A stretch of DNA of 46,591 bases. Origin: an uncultured Enterobacteriaceae bacterium. Its GTDB lineage: Bacteria; Pseudomonadota; Gammaproteobacteria; Eutrophobiales; Eutrophobiaceae. The translations under genes were made by a program, and so were the position numbers. The notes under the pieces were generated by a model that was not told the DNA's origin, did not search any database, and saw only the letters and a list, made by a program, of their open reading frames with translations. This document shows, one piece after another, positions 20,314 through 29,950 of this stretch. Position 1 is the stretch's first letter, and each line of letters begins with the position of its first letter. Location: the NCBI GenBank assembly GCA_964504725.1, contig CAZDFI010000004.1, positions 1 through 46,591 of the forward strand, written 5' to 3'.

Positions 20314-21408
20314 ATGTTTGAATATCTAAACTCTTGGTATCGCCGATACTTTACTGATCCACAGGCGGCTTTATTAGTCGTCTTGTTGGTACTTGGTTTT
20401 GCGATTGTATTCACCATGGGGAAAATGCTGGCGCCATTAATTGCAGCCATCATCATTGCCTATATGCTTGAATGGCCGGTACAAAAAACCCAAAAGATTC
20501 ATGCCTCAAGGTCGCTGGCAGTATATATCGTCTTTATTCTGTTTATGACCTTCCTGGGATTCCTGTTGATTGGTTTGTTGCCTATCTTATCAAGGCAGTT
20601 AAGTCAGTTCTTTCAAGAAGTTCCTTACATGATAGCCAATGGTCAGGAGCTGTTGCTAAAGCTTCCACAACAATATCCGGAAATTATTTCTGAAGATGCG
20701 GTCTGGGAAGTTATTCTTGCCATCAAAAGTGGTGTCAGTGATCTTGGCCAGAATGTACTCTCGGTATCCCTGGCATCAATTCCTGCCATTATCACTGTAT
20801 TGGTTTATCTCATCCTTGTGCCTGTAATGATCTTCTTTTTCCTGAAAGACAAGGAAACCATTCTTTCCTGGCTAATCCGCTTCCTGCCAACGGATCGACC
20901 ACTTATTACAGAAATCTGGCACGAGATGGATGCACAGATTGGTAATTACATTCGTGGAAAATCAAATGAAATACTTATCATTTTTGCAGTATCTTTCATC
21001 CTGTTTAGATTAATGGATTTAAATTATGCTTCCTTGCTGGCATTAACAGTAGGCTTCTCTGTTTTGATTCCATACATAGGTGCTGCTGTAGTGACACTAC
21101 CCGTAGCATTGGTTGCTTATTTTCAATGGGGTCTGGACAGTCATTTCATGTGGCTAATGATCAGTTATCTGATTCTGCAATTTCTGGATGGCAATGTTCT
21201 GGTGCCAGTACTTTTTTCAGATGCCGTCAATCTTCATCCGATCGCCATTATCGCGGCTATTTTGGTGTTTGGTGGTCTATGGGGGTTCTGGGGTGTATTT
21301 TTCGCGATTCCTCTGGCGACGCTGGTCAAGGCATTGATTAATGTCTGGCCTACGACGGCGGATTATTTGCAGGAAGCTTCTGAGGGCGAAGGTACTGTTG
21401 AGGTTTGA
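20314..21408 (+). CDS. AI-2E family transporter (PerM/YhhT-like permease)
   Basis: 8 predicted TM helices. Conserved LIPYIGA and NVLVP motifs. Confidence 0.85.
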   Translation: MFEYLNSWYRRYFTDPQAALLVVLLVLGFAIVFTMGKMLAPLIAAIIIAYMLEWPVQKTQKIHASRSLAVYIVFILFMTFLGFLLIGLLPILSRQLSQFFQEVPYMIANGQELLLKLPQQYPEIISEDAVWEVILAIKSGVSDLGQNVLSVSLASIPAIITVLVYLILVPVMIFFFLKDKETILSWLIRFLPTDRPLITEIWHEMDAQIGNYIRGKSNEILIIFAVSFILFRLMDLNYASLLALTVGFSVLIPYIGAAVVTLPVALVAYFQWGLDSHFMWLMISYLILQFLDGNVLVPVLFSDAVNLHPIAIIAAILVFGGLWGFWGVFFAIPLATLVKALINVWPTTADYLQEASEGEGTVEV

Positions 21409-21415
21409 GATGGAC

Positions 21416-21555
21416 TCGTCATACCGGCCTTGAGCCGGTATCCAGTCAATGTTAGATATCTTTATTCTTCTTGAGTCTTGATTTCGCCTTTGACCGGCGA
21501 GGTACTTTTCTTTGTACAGACTAAAGAAAAGTAACTTGCCGATAAAAGGCGAAAC
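21416..21555. repeat. MITE/REP-like element, copy A
   Basis: First 35 bp (21416-21450) are identical to 42349-42383. Contains hairpin ATACCGGC-cttga-GCCGGTAT (21421-21441) and a long imperfect hairpin 21482-21554 (11-bp inner stem 21503-21513/21523-21533, 10-bp outer stem 21482-21491/21545-21554). Lies between convergent genes. Confidence 0.7.
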
Positions 21556-21617
21556 AAAAACTTAATAAATACTTGGTGTAAAAATTTGGCTTACTTTTTT
21601 ATAAAAATTAATAACAC

Positions 21618-23027
21618 TTACAAATTAACACTGGCATAATCCGCCAACCTAGATCTCTCCCCTCTCATCAAAGTAACATGCCCGCTATGTTCCCAGGTTT
21701 TAATCTTATCGATGACATAAGTTAAACCAGAAGTGGTTTCAGTAATATAAGGCGTGTCAATTTGTCCGACATTACCTAAACAAATCATTTTACTGCCGGG
21801 ACCTACGCGTGTGATCAAAGTCTTCATTTGTTTAGATGTCAGGTTCTGGGCTTCATCGACAATGATGTATCTATTCTGAAAAGTGCGACCGCGCATGAAA
21901 TTGAGTGAGCGTAGTTTAATGCGCTTGCTTAATAAAGTTTCTGTGACTGCACGTCCCCACTCATTACTCTCTTCAGTTTCTGTCAACACCTCAAGATTGT
22001 CCAGCAGCGCGCCCATCCATGGGGCCATTTTTTCTTCTTCTGTGCCGGGCAGAAAACCAATGTCTTCGCCGACTGGAATGGTGACTCGGGTAATGATGAT
22101 TTCACGATAACGTTTTAACTCCATCACTTGTTCAAGCCCTGTGGCAAGTGCCAGCAGTGTCTTGCCTGTTCCGGCAACTCCCAACAGAGTGACCAGATCA
22201 ACATCCATGTCCATCATCATATTCAGTGCAAAGTTCTGTTCACGATTACGGGCATGAATGCCCCAGACAGAACTGTGTCCTCCGTGGTAGTTTGTTGCCA
22301 GGGTCAGTGTTGTCTGATTGTCTTCTACAGTGGCGACCATTGCCTCGAAGTTATCACCGGTTTCACTGTATAAACATTGGTAGGGGTAACAATCTTCTTC
22401 CACAGGTTTCCCGTTAATTTTGTAATAAGTCTTTTTCCCATCCTGCCATGAGTCCAGGTTTTCAGTATGGCTATCCCAAAAATTATCGGGTAATTTGTTC
22501 AGGCCGGTGTACAACAGATCAACGTCATCCAGCACCTTGTCATTGTAATAATCTTCTGTGTGGACACCGACAATATGTGCCTTGATACGCAGGTTGATAT
22601 CCTTGGATACCAGGGTGATTGTTGTGTCTGGATATTTTTCCTGAAGCGCAAGGGCAGTTCCCAGAATTGTATTGTCCGCATTATTTCCGGGTAGATTTTC
22701 CGGTAGGCGCGAGTCCAGGGTACTGGTCTGTAAAAAAAGTTTCCCATGAGGATTGGCATATCCGTTGTGAGATGACAATGAAGATAATGGCAGGCCTTTT
22801 TCGATAGTATCTGTATCTGCTTCAGTCATCAGTTCATCGAGAAAACGACTGGTTTGTCGAACATTACGAGCAACCTCTGACATGCCTTTTTTTGCGGCAT
22901 CCAGTTCTTCCAAAACCATCATGGGGATGAACAGATCGTGTTCCTGAAATCGGAAAATTGCTCCAGGATCGTGCATCAGGACATTGGTGTCCAGCACGAA
23001 AAGACGTTTAGGTGTTTCTACGTTCAT
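21618..23027 (-). CDS. PIN-domain plus PhoH-like ATPase (YlaK-type)
   Basis: N-terminal LFVLDTNVLMHDP PIN motif. GVAGTGKT Walker A and IIVDEAQN Walker B in the C-terminal PhoH module. Confidence 0.9.
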   Translation of the reverse strand: MNVETPKRLFVLDTNVLMHDPGAIFRFQEHDLFIPMMVLEELDAAKKGMSEVARNVRQTSRFLDELMTEADTDTIEKGLPLSSLSSHNGYANPHGKLFLQTSTLDSRLPENLPGNNADNTILGTALALQEKYPDTTITLVSKDINLRIKAHIVGVHTEDYYNDKVLDDVDLLYTGLNKLPDNFWDSHTENLDSWQDGKKTYYKINGKPVEEDCYPYQCLYSETGDNFEAMVATVEDNQTTLTLATNYHGGHSSVWGIHARNREQNFALNMMMDMDVDLVTLLGVAGTGKTLLALATGLEQVMELKRYREIIITRVTIPVGEDIGFLPGTEEEKMAPWMGALLDNLEVLTETEESNEWGRAVTETLLSKRIKLRSLNFMRGRTFQNRYIIVDEAQNLTSKQMKTLITRVGPGSKMICLGNVGQIDTPYITETTSGLTYVIDKIKTWEHSGHVTLMRGERSRLADYASVNL

Positions 23028-23051
23028 CTAATATTTATTGATTGCCAATAT

Positions 23052-23546
23052 TTAATTTTTACCCCTTAGGGCAGGCTTCGTGCTCTGTTTTATCTCTTCA
23101 AGGATTTCTTCGACATGCCCCTTTACTTTTACCTTACGCCACTCTTTGATCACTAGTCCTTTCTCATCTATCAGGAATGTACTGCGTTCGATCCCCATGA
23201 CTTTTCTGCCATACATATTCTTTTCCTTGATGACATTAAATTGCTTGCATAGTTTTTCATCAGGGTCAGATAACAGATCAAAAGAAAAAGATTGTTTGCT
23301 TTTAAAATTCTCGTGTGATTTAACGCTATCGCGAGAGACACCAAGGACGATAGTATTCCTTGCACTGAATTTTCTTTTATTGTCGCGGAAATCCTGGCCT
23401 TCGAGTGTACATCCCGGCGTGCTGTCTTTGGGATAGAAGTATAAAACGATTTTTTTGCCTCTGAAGTCGGATAGTTGGAGGATTTGATTGCCGGTAGCAA
23501 CTAATTTTATATCTGTAACTTTTTTACCAATTTTTGCCAGTGCCAT
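23052..23546 (-). CDS. bcp: thioredoxin-dependent peroxiredoxin Bcp
   Basis: YFYPKDSTPGCT peroxidatic Cys motif. Confidence 0.9.
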   Translation of the reverse strand: MALAKIGKKVTDIKLVATGNQILQLSDFRGKKIVLYFYPKDSTPGCTLEGQDFRDNKRKFSARNTIVLGVSRDSVKSHENFKSKQSFSFDLLSDPDEKLCKQFNVIKEKNMYGRKVMGIERSTFLIDEKGLVIKEWRKVKVKGHVEEILEEIKQSTKPALRGKN

Positions 23547-23601
23547 ATTAAAGCTACGCCATTTTGTGTTTATTATAAATTATCGTTGTTTGCTATTGAG
23601 A

Positions 23602-24138
23602 TTATTTCACGGGTTCCATTATCGCATCAAGGTTTAGCCGATCACAAAAATCATTAAATTCACCGCGAATTACGGAGATAGAAATATCAGCGGGAATATC
23701 GATGGTGGCATGTAAAGAAAACATCGGCGTACCACTGTGTGTCGTTTTATAGGTGTTTGTGAACATATCCTGGATATCAATATCGTTATTTACCAGAAAA
23801 TCAGTGATGTCATGCACGATGCCAATGCGATCCATAGAGACGATTTCGATGGCGTAGGGCATGCCGTTGCCGGTTTTATCTGGTGGGTCTGTTCGACGAA
23901 AATGGAAATCAATCTTCAATTGTTTTTTCAGTGACGGCAGCATGTGTTCAAGCTTGGCAACAGCATTCCAGCTACCACTGAGCATCATGGATAATGAAAG
24001 TTCCTGTCCCAGAACGATGACTCGGCTATCGACAATGTTACAATCACTTTCTTTAATCGCTTTTGAGCATTTTTCGATGATTTGAGGGTGGTTCTTCCCC
24101 AGAGCGGTTAATACGATGTAATTCAGCATTTCATCCAA
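23602..24138 (-). CDS. gcvR: glycine cleavage system transcriptional repressor-like tandem ACT-domain protein
   Basis: Two ACT-like halves (LTALGKNHPQII; IVSMDRIGIVHDIT). Conserved bcp-gcvR / dapA divergent context. Confidence 0.75.
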   Translation of the reverse strand: MDEMLNYIVLTALGKNHPQIIEKCSKAIKESDCNIVDSRVIVLGQELSLSMMLSGSWNAVAKLEHMLPSLKKQLKIDFHFRRTDPPDKTGNGMPYAIEIVSMDRIGIVHDITDFLVNNDIDIQDMFTNTYKTTHSGTPMFSLHATIDIPADISISVIRGEFNDFCDRLNLDAIMEPVK

Positions 24139-24404
24139 TGGTTTTTAATGGATTACACTTCATTGTCCGGTTTTGTTCTCACCTCTGCAAGGCCTATATG
24201 ACTGTGTTTTCGGAAAAAATCCCGGGAACGGGAAAGATGGTTATTTGTCGGATTTATTGTCAGTGTGTAGCTGTAGTATACTGTGCCGCTTTTCCGCTGA
24301 GTGGCCCATAGGAATGCTTGTGAGATAGGGCATCGCTAGTGAAAAAATGGTTTTAGTGGAGTTTTTAGAAGATAGTGAAGATAGAGAGATGAAGGACTTA
24401 AACG

Positions 24405-25292
24405 ATGTTTCAAGGTAGTATGGTCGCGGTTGTTACCCCAATGCAGAAAGGAAATGCTCCGGAGACTCCGCTGGATAAAGAAAGTCTGGCTGGATTGGTT
24501 GAATTCCATATTGAGAATAAAACGGAGGCTATTGTGGCCGTTGGCACTACGGGGGAATCCGCAACCCTGGATAATGAAGAACACTGCGAAGTGATTCGGC
24601 AGGTAGTGGACTTTGTCAATGGCCGAATCCCTGTGATTGCTGGCACCGGGGCAAATTCAACAACGGAAGCCATTCATCTAACACGATGCGCAAAAGACAT
24701 GGGTGCGGATGCATGTTTGTTGGTCACTCCTTATTACAACAAGCCTACACAGGACGGTTTATATCTGCATTACAAGGCAGTGGCAGAGGCGGTGAATATC
24801 CCGCAGATTCTATACAATGTACCGGGACGTACGGCCTGTGACATGCTGCCAGAGACTATCGGTAGATTGTCGAAGATAGATAATATTATCGGTGTTAAGG
24901 AAGCGACGGCCGATTTAACCCGAATTGACATGATCAGGTCGTTATGTGGCGATGATTTCATGTTGGTCAGTGGCGATGATGCAACCACTAACGAATTTAT
25001 ATTACAAGGGGGGGATGGCGTGATTTCTGTGACAGCGAATGTAGCCCCCCGGGCAATGCATGAACTATGTGACTTGGCTAAAAAGGGGGATCGTGAAGCT
25101 GCAACTAAAATTGACGAGACTTTGGCTGGTTTACATAATCATTTGTTTATTGAATCAAATCCAATTCCTGCCAAGTGGGCATTACACAAGATGGGATTGA
25201 TACAGGCAGGTATCAGACTTCCGCTAACCTGGCTAACAGAGAAATCGGAAGACGCCGTTATCAATGCTATGAAGCAAGCCAGTATTATTTAA
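24405..25292 (+). CDS. dapA: 4-hydroxy-tetrahydrodipicolinate synthase
   Basis: GSMVAVVTPM, VGTTGES, YNVPGRT and catalytic-Lys region IIGVKEA. Confidence 0.95.
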   Translation: MFQGSMVAVVTPMQKGNAPETPLDKESLAGLVEFHIENKTEAIVAVGTTGESATLDNEEHCEVIRQVVDFVNGRIPVIAGTGANSTTEAIHLTRCAKDMGADACLLVTPYYNKPTQDGLYLHYKAVAEAVNIPQILYNVPGRTACDMLPETIGRLSKIDNIIGVKEATADLTRIDMIRSLCGDDFMLVSGDDATTNEFILQGGDGVISVTANVAPRAMHELCDLAKKGDREAATKIDETLAGLHNHLFIESNPIPAKWALHKMGLIQAGIRLPLTWLTEKSEDAVINAMKQASII

Positions 25293-25331
25293 ACCAGGGC
25301 AATATAGGCATACAATCTAGAATTTAATATT

Positions 25332-26417
25332 ATGTTACGAAAAAACTTATTTTTATTATTCATTACTTTATTTTCAATCCACGGTTGTGGCTCACTTCCT
25401 AGTCTGGATGAAGTACTACCTGATAACAGAACTAAATATCAAAAGAGCAGAGCACTCCCTGATTTGGAGGTGCCACCGGATTTAACCAGGGAGGCTCTCA
25501 ATGACCCAATGGTTATTCCGGATGAAGAAGACGCAAACACGCTGTCAGAATTCCAAAGAAGAAAACTTATGCGTGAAGGTGGGCAGTTATCAGATGCAGA
25601 AATGGCTCTGCTTAATAATGCTGATGAGAAATGGTTGGCAGTACAGGGAACAACGTTAACTGTTTGGCCGAAGTTGCGCGAATTCTGGTTAATAAAAGGT
25701 TTCGAGATGGATCTTGATGATGCCGAGCTTGGTGTTCTGGAAACGAATTTCAAGGATATATCGGTCGATGGAGTAGTATTATACAGAGAAAAATTCAAGA
25801 TATTTTCGGAAGAGGGTGGAACACCAGGTAAACTGATCTTGTTTCTTTCAAGCGAAAGACAGGAAAAAATTTCAGGTAGTGAGGGTAATGTTGACTGGAT
25901 AGGTCAGGAGAGTGATGACGAACAGGAAAAAGAACTGATTGGTGAACTGAATCTGCATTTCTATGGGGTCTCTGCAACAGCAAGTTCAACTTCATCGCCT
26001 TCCGGCTCAAAGCGAACAGGTGGCTCAAAAAATCGAGAGATCAGGGCCGAGATATTGAGTGCGGGCGAGGACAAGGAATATTTAGCCATTCCTGAGGAAT
26101 TTTCCAGAGCATGGCGGAATATAGAAGATGCGATTAGTAAATCCGGAATGTATATCGATAGTAAAGATAAAGAAAAGGGTATTTACACAGTCCTTTATTT
26201 TGCTGATACAAGTGAAGAAAAAAAGGGTCTATTAAGCAGGCTTAAATTCTGGGAAAGTGATGAAGATGATGGAACAGAATATCACCTTAGCCTGACCGGG
26301 GTAGGTGACAAAACCGAAGTCGTTGTTCTGGATGACAAAGATGAATGGTCAGCTAGTCGGGATGCCAGCCGCATATTGAGTATGCTGCAAACTCATTACA
26401 ATAGATTACTCAGGTAA
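25332..26417 (+). CDS. bamC: outer-membrane protein assembly factor BamC (NlpB)
   Basis: Lipobox IHGC, LPDLEVPPDL motif, position directly after dapA. Confidence 0.75.
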   Translation: MLRKNLFLLFITLFSIHGCGSLPSLDEVLPDNRTKYQKSRALPDLEVPPDLTREALNDPMVIPDEEDANTLSEFQRRKLMREGGQLSDAEMALLNNADEKWLAVQGTTLTVWPKLREFWLIKGFEMDLDDAELGVLETNFKDISVDGVVLYREKFKIFSEEGGTPGKLILFLSSERQEKISGSEGNVDWIGQESDDEQEKELIGELNLHFYGVSATASSTSSPSGSKRTGGSKNREIRAEILSAGEDKEYLAIPEEFSRAWRNIEDAISKSGMYIDSKDKEKGIYTVLYFADTSEEKKGLLSRLKFWESDEDDGTEYHLSLTGVGDKTEVVVLDDKDEWSASRDASRILSMLQTHYNRLLR

Positions 26418-26501
26418 CTTATCTGGTAAAAATTACCACGTAATAAAATATCCAGGGAAGAAGGATTAGCAATCAGTCGTTTGTAAATAAATCACGGTCA
26501 T

Positions 26502-27899
26502 TTAATTCTTTTTTACATGACGCATCAAGCGTCTGCGTTTTTCGATTTGTCTGTTCGTCAGAATATTCTTCTTATGCTTATAAGGATTTTCTCCTTGCTT
26601 GAATTCAATCAGGACGGGGGCACCTACCAGTTTTAATTGCTTTCGCATCTGATTAGCCAGATACCGTTTGTAGGATTCTGGTACACGATTGGTCTGGTTA
26701 CCATGTACAATAATTCGTATTGGATCATGCCCGCCTATGTGCGCGTATCGTAATTTGATGCGTCTGCCATGCACCAAAGGTGGTGAATGAGCTTGTGTCG
26801 CCTTTTGCAAGATTGCTGTTACCTTTGAAGCTGAAGGGTCAATTAAAATTGATTTTGAAATCTTGTTGATTGAGACGAACAGCTTGCCAACGCCACTACC
26901 ATACAGTGCTGAGATAAAGTGAACACACGCATAATCAATAAATCCCAACTTACGATCCAGTTGTGCCTTTATTCTGGTTCTTTGTGATATTTCCAGGCCA
27001 TCCCATTTGTTTACCGCGATAATTAATGCTTTGCCGCTATCAACAATCAACCCAAGCAAGGTGGCATCCTGTTCGGTTACAGCTTCATGTGCATCTAGTA
27101 CAAGAACAACAATTTGTGTGCTATCAATTGCCTGCAGTGATTTAACGACACTAAATTTCTCAATAGCATCATTAATTTTTGAGCGCCTTCTTATGCCAGC
27201 TGTATCAATTAGCGTGTAAGGGATTCCATCGCGCTCAAAAGGAATGGCAATACTGTCTCGGGTAGTTCCTGGTTGATCAAAGATGAGCATGCGTTCTTCG
27301 CCAAGAATTCTATTGGTTAGTGTAGATTTCCCAACATTTGGCCGACCAAGCACGGTGATACGTAAACCATGTTCTAAGAGACCTTCATTATCTGAATCAA
27401 CAGGTAACTGCTTGATAACTTCATCCATGAGATGGCTGATACCATCACCACGTTTTGCCGAGATGGCTGAGGGTTCGTTAAAACCAAAGCGGTGGAAATC
27501 AGAAAGGACAATATCCGAATTAAGCCCTTCTGTCTTGTTAGCAGATAAAAAGATATGGTCACACATCGGGCGTAGTATTTTGGCTAGATGTTCATCTTCT
27601 GTAGTCAGGCCATCACGTCCATCGACCAGCCATATCAGCACATCCGCCTCTTCTATTGCACGTAAAGATTGATCAGATATCAAATTGGAAATATTTTCTG
27701 AATCTTTATCGTTTCGGCCTAAACCACCGGTATCAACCAGAATAAATTCACGACCCTGATAACTGCCAAATCCATATTGGCGATCGCGAGTTACTCCAGG
27801 CCGATCACCGACAAGTGCATTTCGACTACGTGTAAGAAAATTAAATAAGGTAGATTTGCCGACATTGGGACGGCCAACGATGGCAATAACGGACTTCAT
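26502..27899 (-). CDS. der: ribosome-associated GTPase Der (EngA)
   Basis: Two G domains ([12 protein letters not shown] twice-type, DTGG/DTAG) plus a KH-like C-terminus. Confidence 0.95.
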   Translation of the reverse strand: MKSVIAIVGRPNVGKSTLFNFLTRSRNALVGDRPGVTRDRQYGFGSYQGREFILVDTGGLGRNDKDSENISNLISDQSLRAIEEADVLIWLVDGRDGLTTEDEHLAKILRPMCDHIFLSANKTEGLNSDIVLSDFHRFGFNEPSAISAKRGDGISHLMDEVIKQLPVDSDNEGLLEHGLRITVLGRPNVGKSTLTNRILGEERMLIFDQPGTTRDSIAIPFERDGIPYTLIDTAGIRRRSKINDAIEKFSVVKSLQAIDSTQIVVLVLDAHEAVTEQDATLLGLIVDSGKALIIAVNKWDGLEISQRTRIKAQLDRKLGFIDYACVHFISALYGSGVGKLFVSINKISKSILIDPSASKVTAILQKATQAHSPPLVHGRRIKLRYAHIGGHDPIRIIVHGNQTNRVPESYKRYLANQMRKQLKLVGAPVLIEFKQGENPYKHKKNILTNRQIEKRRRLMRHVKKN

Positions 27900-27913
27900 A
27901 TTTGTCTTCCTGC

Positions 27914-29092
27914 CTAATGCGAGGTATATGCACTCAGTATTCCATCGCTACTATATGCGTAGACGATGTCTTCAACAGCAATGGGGGGCGCTAAGATTGC
28001 GCTCTCTGAAACCCGTGTACGAGCAACAAATTGACCATTGTCCTTGTCCATCCAGTGTAAATACCCTTCGAGATCTCCCACAACAACAAGATTGCCAATG
28101 GTGGCAGGTGCCGTTGCCTGCCTGGCATATAAATTTTCCTGCTTCCATACTGAATTACCAGTTGCTCTATCCAGGGCCCAGACGTGACTTTGGTCATCCG
28201 TAATATAGATAATGTCTCCATCAGAGGTTAAACCTGCGTAGGACGATATATCCCGGGCCCAGGTAATACGGCCATCTTCCAGGGCAACCGAGGCAAGGCG
28301 TCCCTGAAAAGTTGCCACATAGATATCATTACCTATGATTATAGGGTCAGAATCAATATCAACCATTCTTTCCAATTGCGTACGACCGGAGGAGAGAGAT
28401 ATACTTGTTTCCCAAATCAATTTGCCGGTGAACAGTTCGATAGCGGATAGTCGACCACCATCAAAACCAGCAATCACAATATCTCCTGTGATGACCGGGT
28501 TACTGGTGCCGCGCAGGGTTAATGCAGGCATAGTGCGCTCATAGATCCAAAGACGGCTTCCATCATTAGCATCGAGCCCGAAAATTCTCCCATCAATGGT
28601 ACGAACAACAACGATGTCATTCCCTTCCTGAGGAGCTGCTAATATTTCACTGGAGACCTTGGCTCGCCAAATGAACTCCCCGCTTTCGCTTGCGTATGCC
28701 AGTACGTCACCTTCATCAGACCCAATCATGGTCAGTTTTTCGCTGGCACCTGGTCCGCCAGAAATGGTCAGGCCTGCATCATTTTTCCAAAGGGTGTTGC
28801 CATTGTTCGCATCAAGACTTGCCAGATTCCCACGGGTATCCGCAACAAATACTTTGCCCTGACTATGAGAGGGAGTGAGCTTGAGAAATTGTTTGGTTGA
28901 GCCTTTGCCCGTATTTTTAGACCATAGTTCGATAATCTCGGCGAGTGTCTCTATTTCAACTAAAGGTGTTGGTGGTTCAGTATTGTCCGTACCAGACCCA
29001 GTCATATTTTTAATAAAACTTTTGGTACTGCTGCATCCCGATAACAAAATTAATATTGAAACGAATAAAAGAAAACGGGTGGTTGATCGCAT
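27914..29092 (-). CDS. bamB: outer-membrane protein assembly factor BamB
   Basis: Lipobox LSGC. PQQ-like beta-propeller repeats (LWK/IW... patterns). yfgM-bamB-der order. Confidence 0.9.
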   Translation of the reverse strand: MRSTTRFLLFVSILILLSGCSSTKSFIKNMTGSGTDNTEPPTPLVEIETLAEIIELWSKNTGKGSTKQFLKLTPSHSQGKVFVADTRGNLASLDANNGNTLWKNDAGLTISGGPGASEKLTMIGSDEGDVLAYASESGEFIWRAKVSSEILAAPQEGNDIVVVRTIDGRIFGLDANDGSRLWIYERTMPALTLRGTSNPVITGDIVIAGFDGGRLSAIELFTGKLIWETSISLSSGRTQLERMVDIDSDPIIIGNDIYVATFQGRLASVALEDGRITWARDISSYAGLTSDGDIIYITDDQSHVWALDRATGNSVWKQENLYARQATAPATIGNLVVVGDLEGYLHWMDKDNGQFVARTRVSESAILAPPIAVEDIVYAYSSDGILSAYTSH

Positions 29093-29730
29093 CAGAGTTG
29101 ATTAGATCCAATATCATCCAGCTTCATTTGCACAACAGATTGATTGCCTCGAATGCTATTCTGAGTTGATAGCGCTTGCGTGTAAGCATCCTGAGCAGCC
29201 TTTGAGTCACCTTGCTGTAGCAATATATCACCACGTAACTCATGATAGCTTGATGCAAATTTCCCCGTATAGACGTTTTCTATTAAAGACAATGCAAACT
29301 CTTTATCACCCTCTTCCAGCAACAAGCGTGACAGTCGTAACCTGGCGAGATGCCTGAATTCATCACTGTCTGTATTATCAAGAACCCACTGAAGATGATT
29401 TTTAGCAGCATCAATATCATTTTTCTCAACGGCTTCACGAGCCAGTAGCAATGATGAGAAAGTTGAGTAAGGCGTTGATTTGTAATCTCGATTCAACTGG
29501 TCAGCAATTTCTTCAGCGTGCTTTCCTTTTTCCCTGCTTATATCATTTGTCATATGCTCATACAGGTCGGAGGCATTTTTTCCCTGCGTCACGAGATGGT
29601 CTTGCCAACCTCGCCAGCCGAATATTGCGATCAGGCCGATGGCGATACCACCAATGATCGATTTACCATTCTCGTCCCACCATCTTTTCAGGTGTTCTAC
29701 CTGTTCTTCATCTGTTCTGTAGCCTTCCAA
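29092..29730 (-). CDS. YfgM-like membrane-anchored TPR protein
   Basis: EEQVEHLKRWWDENGK followed by a TM helix and a TPR-like domain. Located between hisS and bamB. Confidence 0.75.
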   Translation of the reverse strand: MEGYRTDEEQVEHLKRWWDENGKSIIGGIAIGLIAIFGWRGWQDHLVTQGKNASDLYEHMTNDISREKGKHAEEIADQLNRDYKSTPYSTFSSLLLAREAVEKNDIDAAKNHLQWVLDNTDSDEFRHLARLRLSRLLLEEGDKEFALSLIENVYTGKFASSYHELRGDILLQQGDSKAAQDAYTQALSTQNSIRGNQSVVQMKLDDIGSNQL

Positions 29731-29950
29731 AATTTACTCCTTAAATGGGGATTAATAAACTTAGCTGCCGGATAGTAATGATGCTTTGCTCTTAGTTCAA
29801 GAGACCATTGCACAAAGCGACCTTTTTGCCACAGCATCGTTAGAAAAAGTCTCAAAATGCTCATTTACTACATGTAAACTGCGCTTTTTCGACTATTTTT
29901 TGCCTTGCTCTGACAAAAATTTCACATCATGCAATGGTCTCATCAAATAG

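Noticed and set aside
24139-24404. Possible riboswitch or leader (e.g. lysine riboswitch) in the 266-bp gcvR/dapA divergent region
   Set aside because: I could not identify the conserved lysine-riboswitch helices or any extended conserved structure by eye. Only short 4-5-bp stems and a plausible TATACT -10 are present. A covariance-model scan (Rfam) would be needed, so I make no claim.
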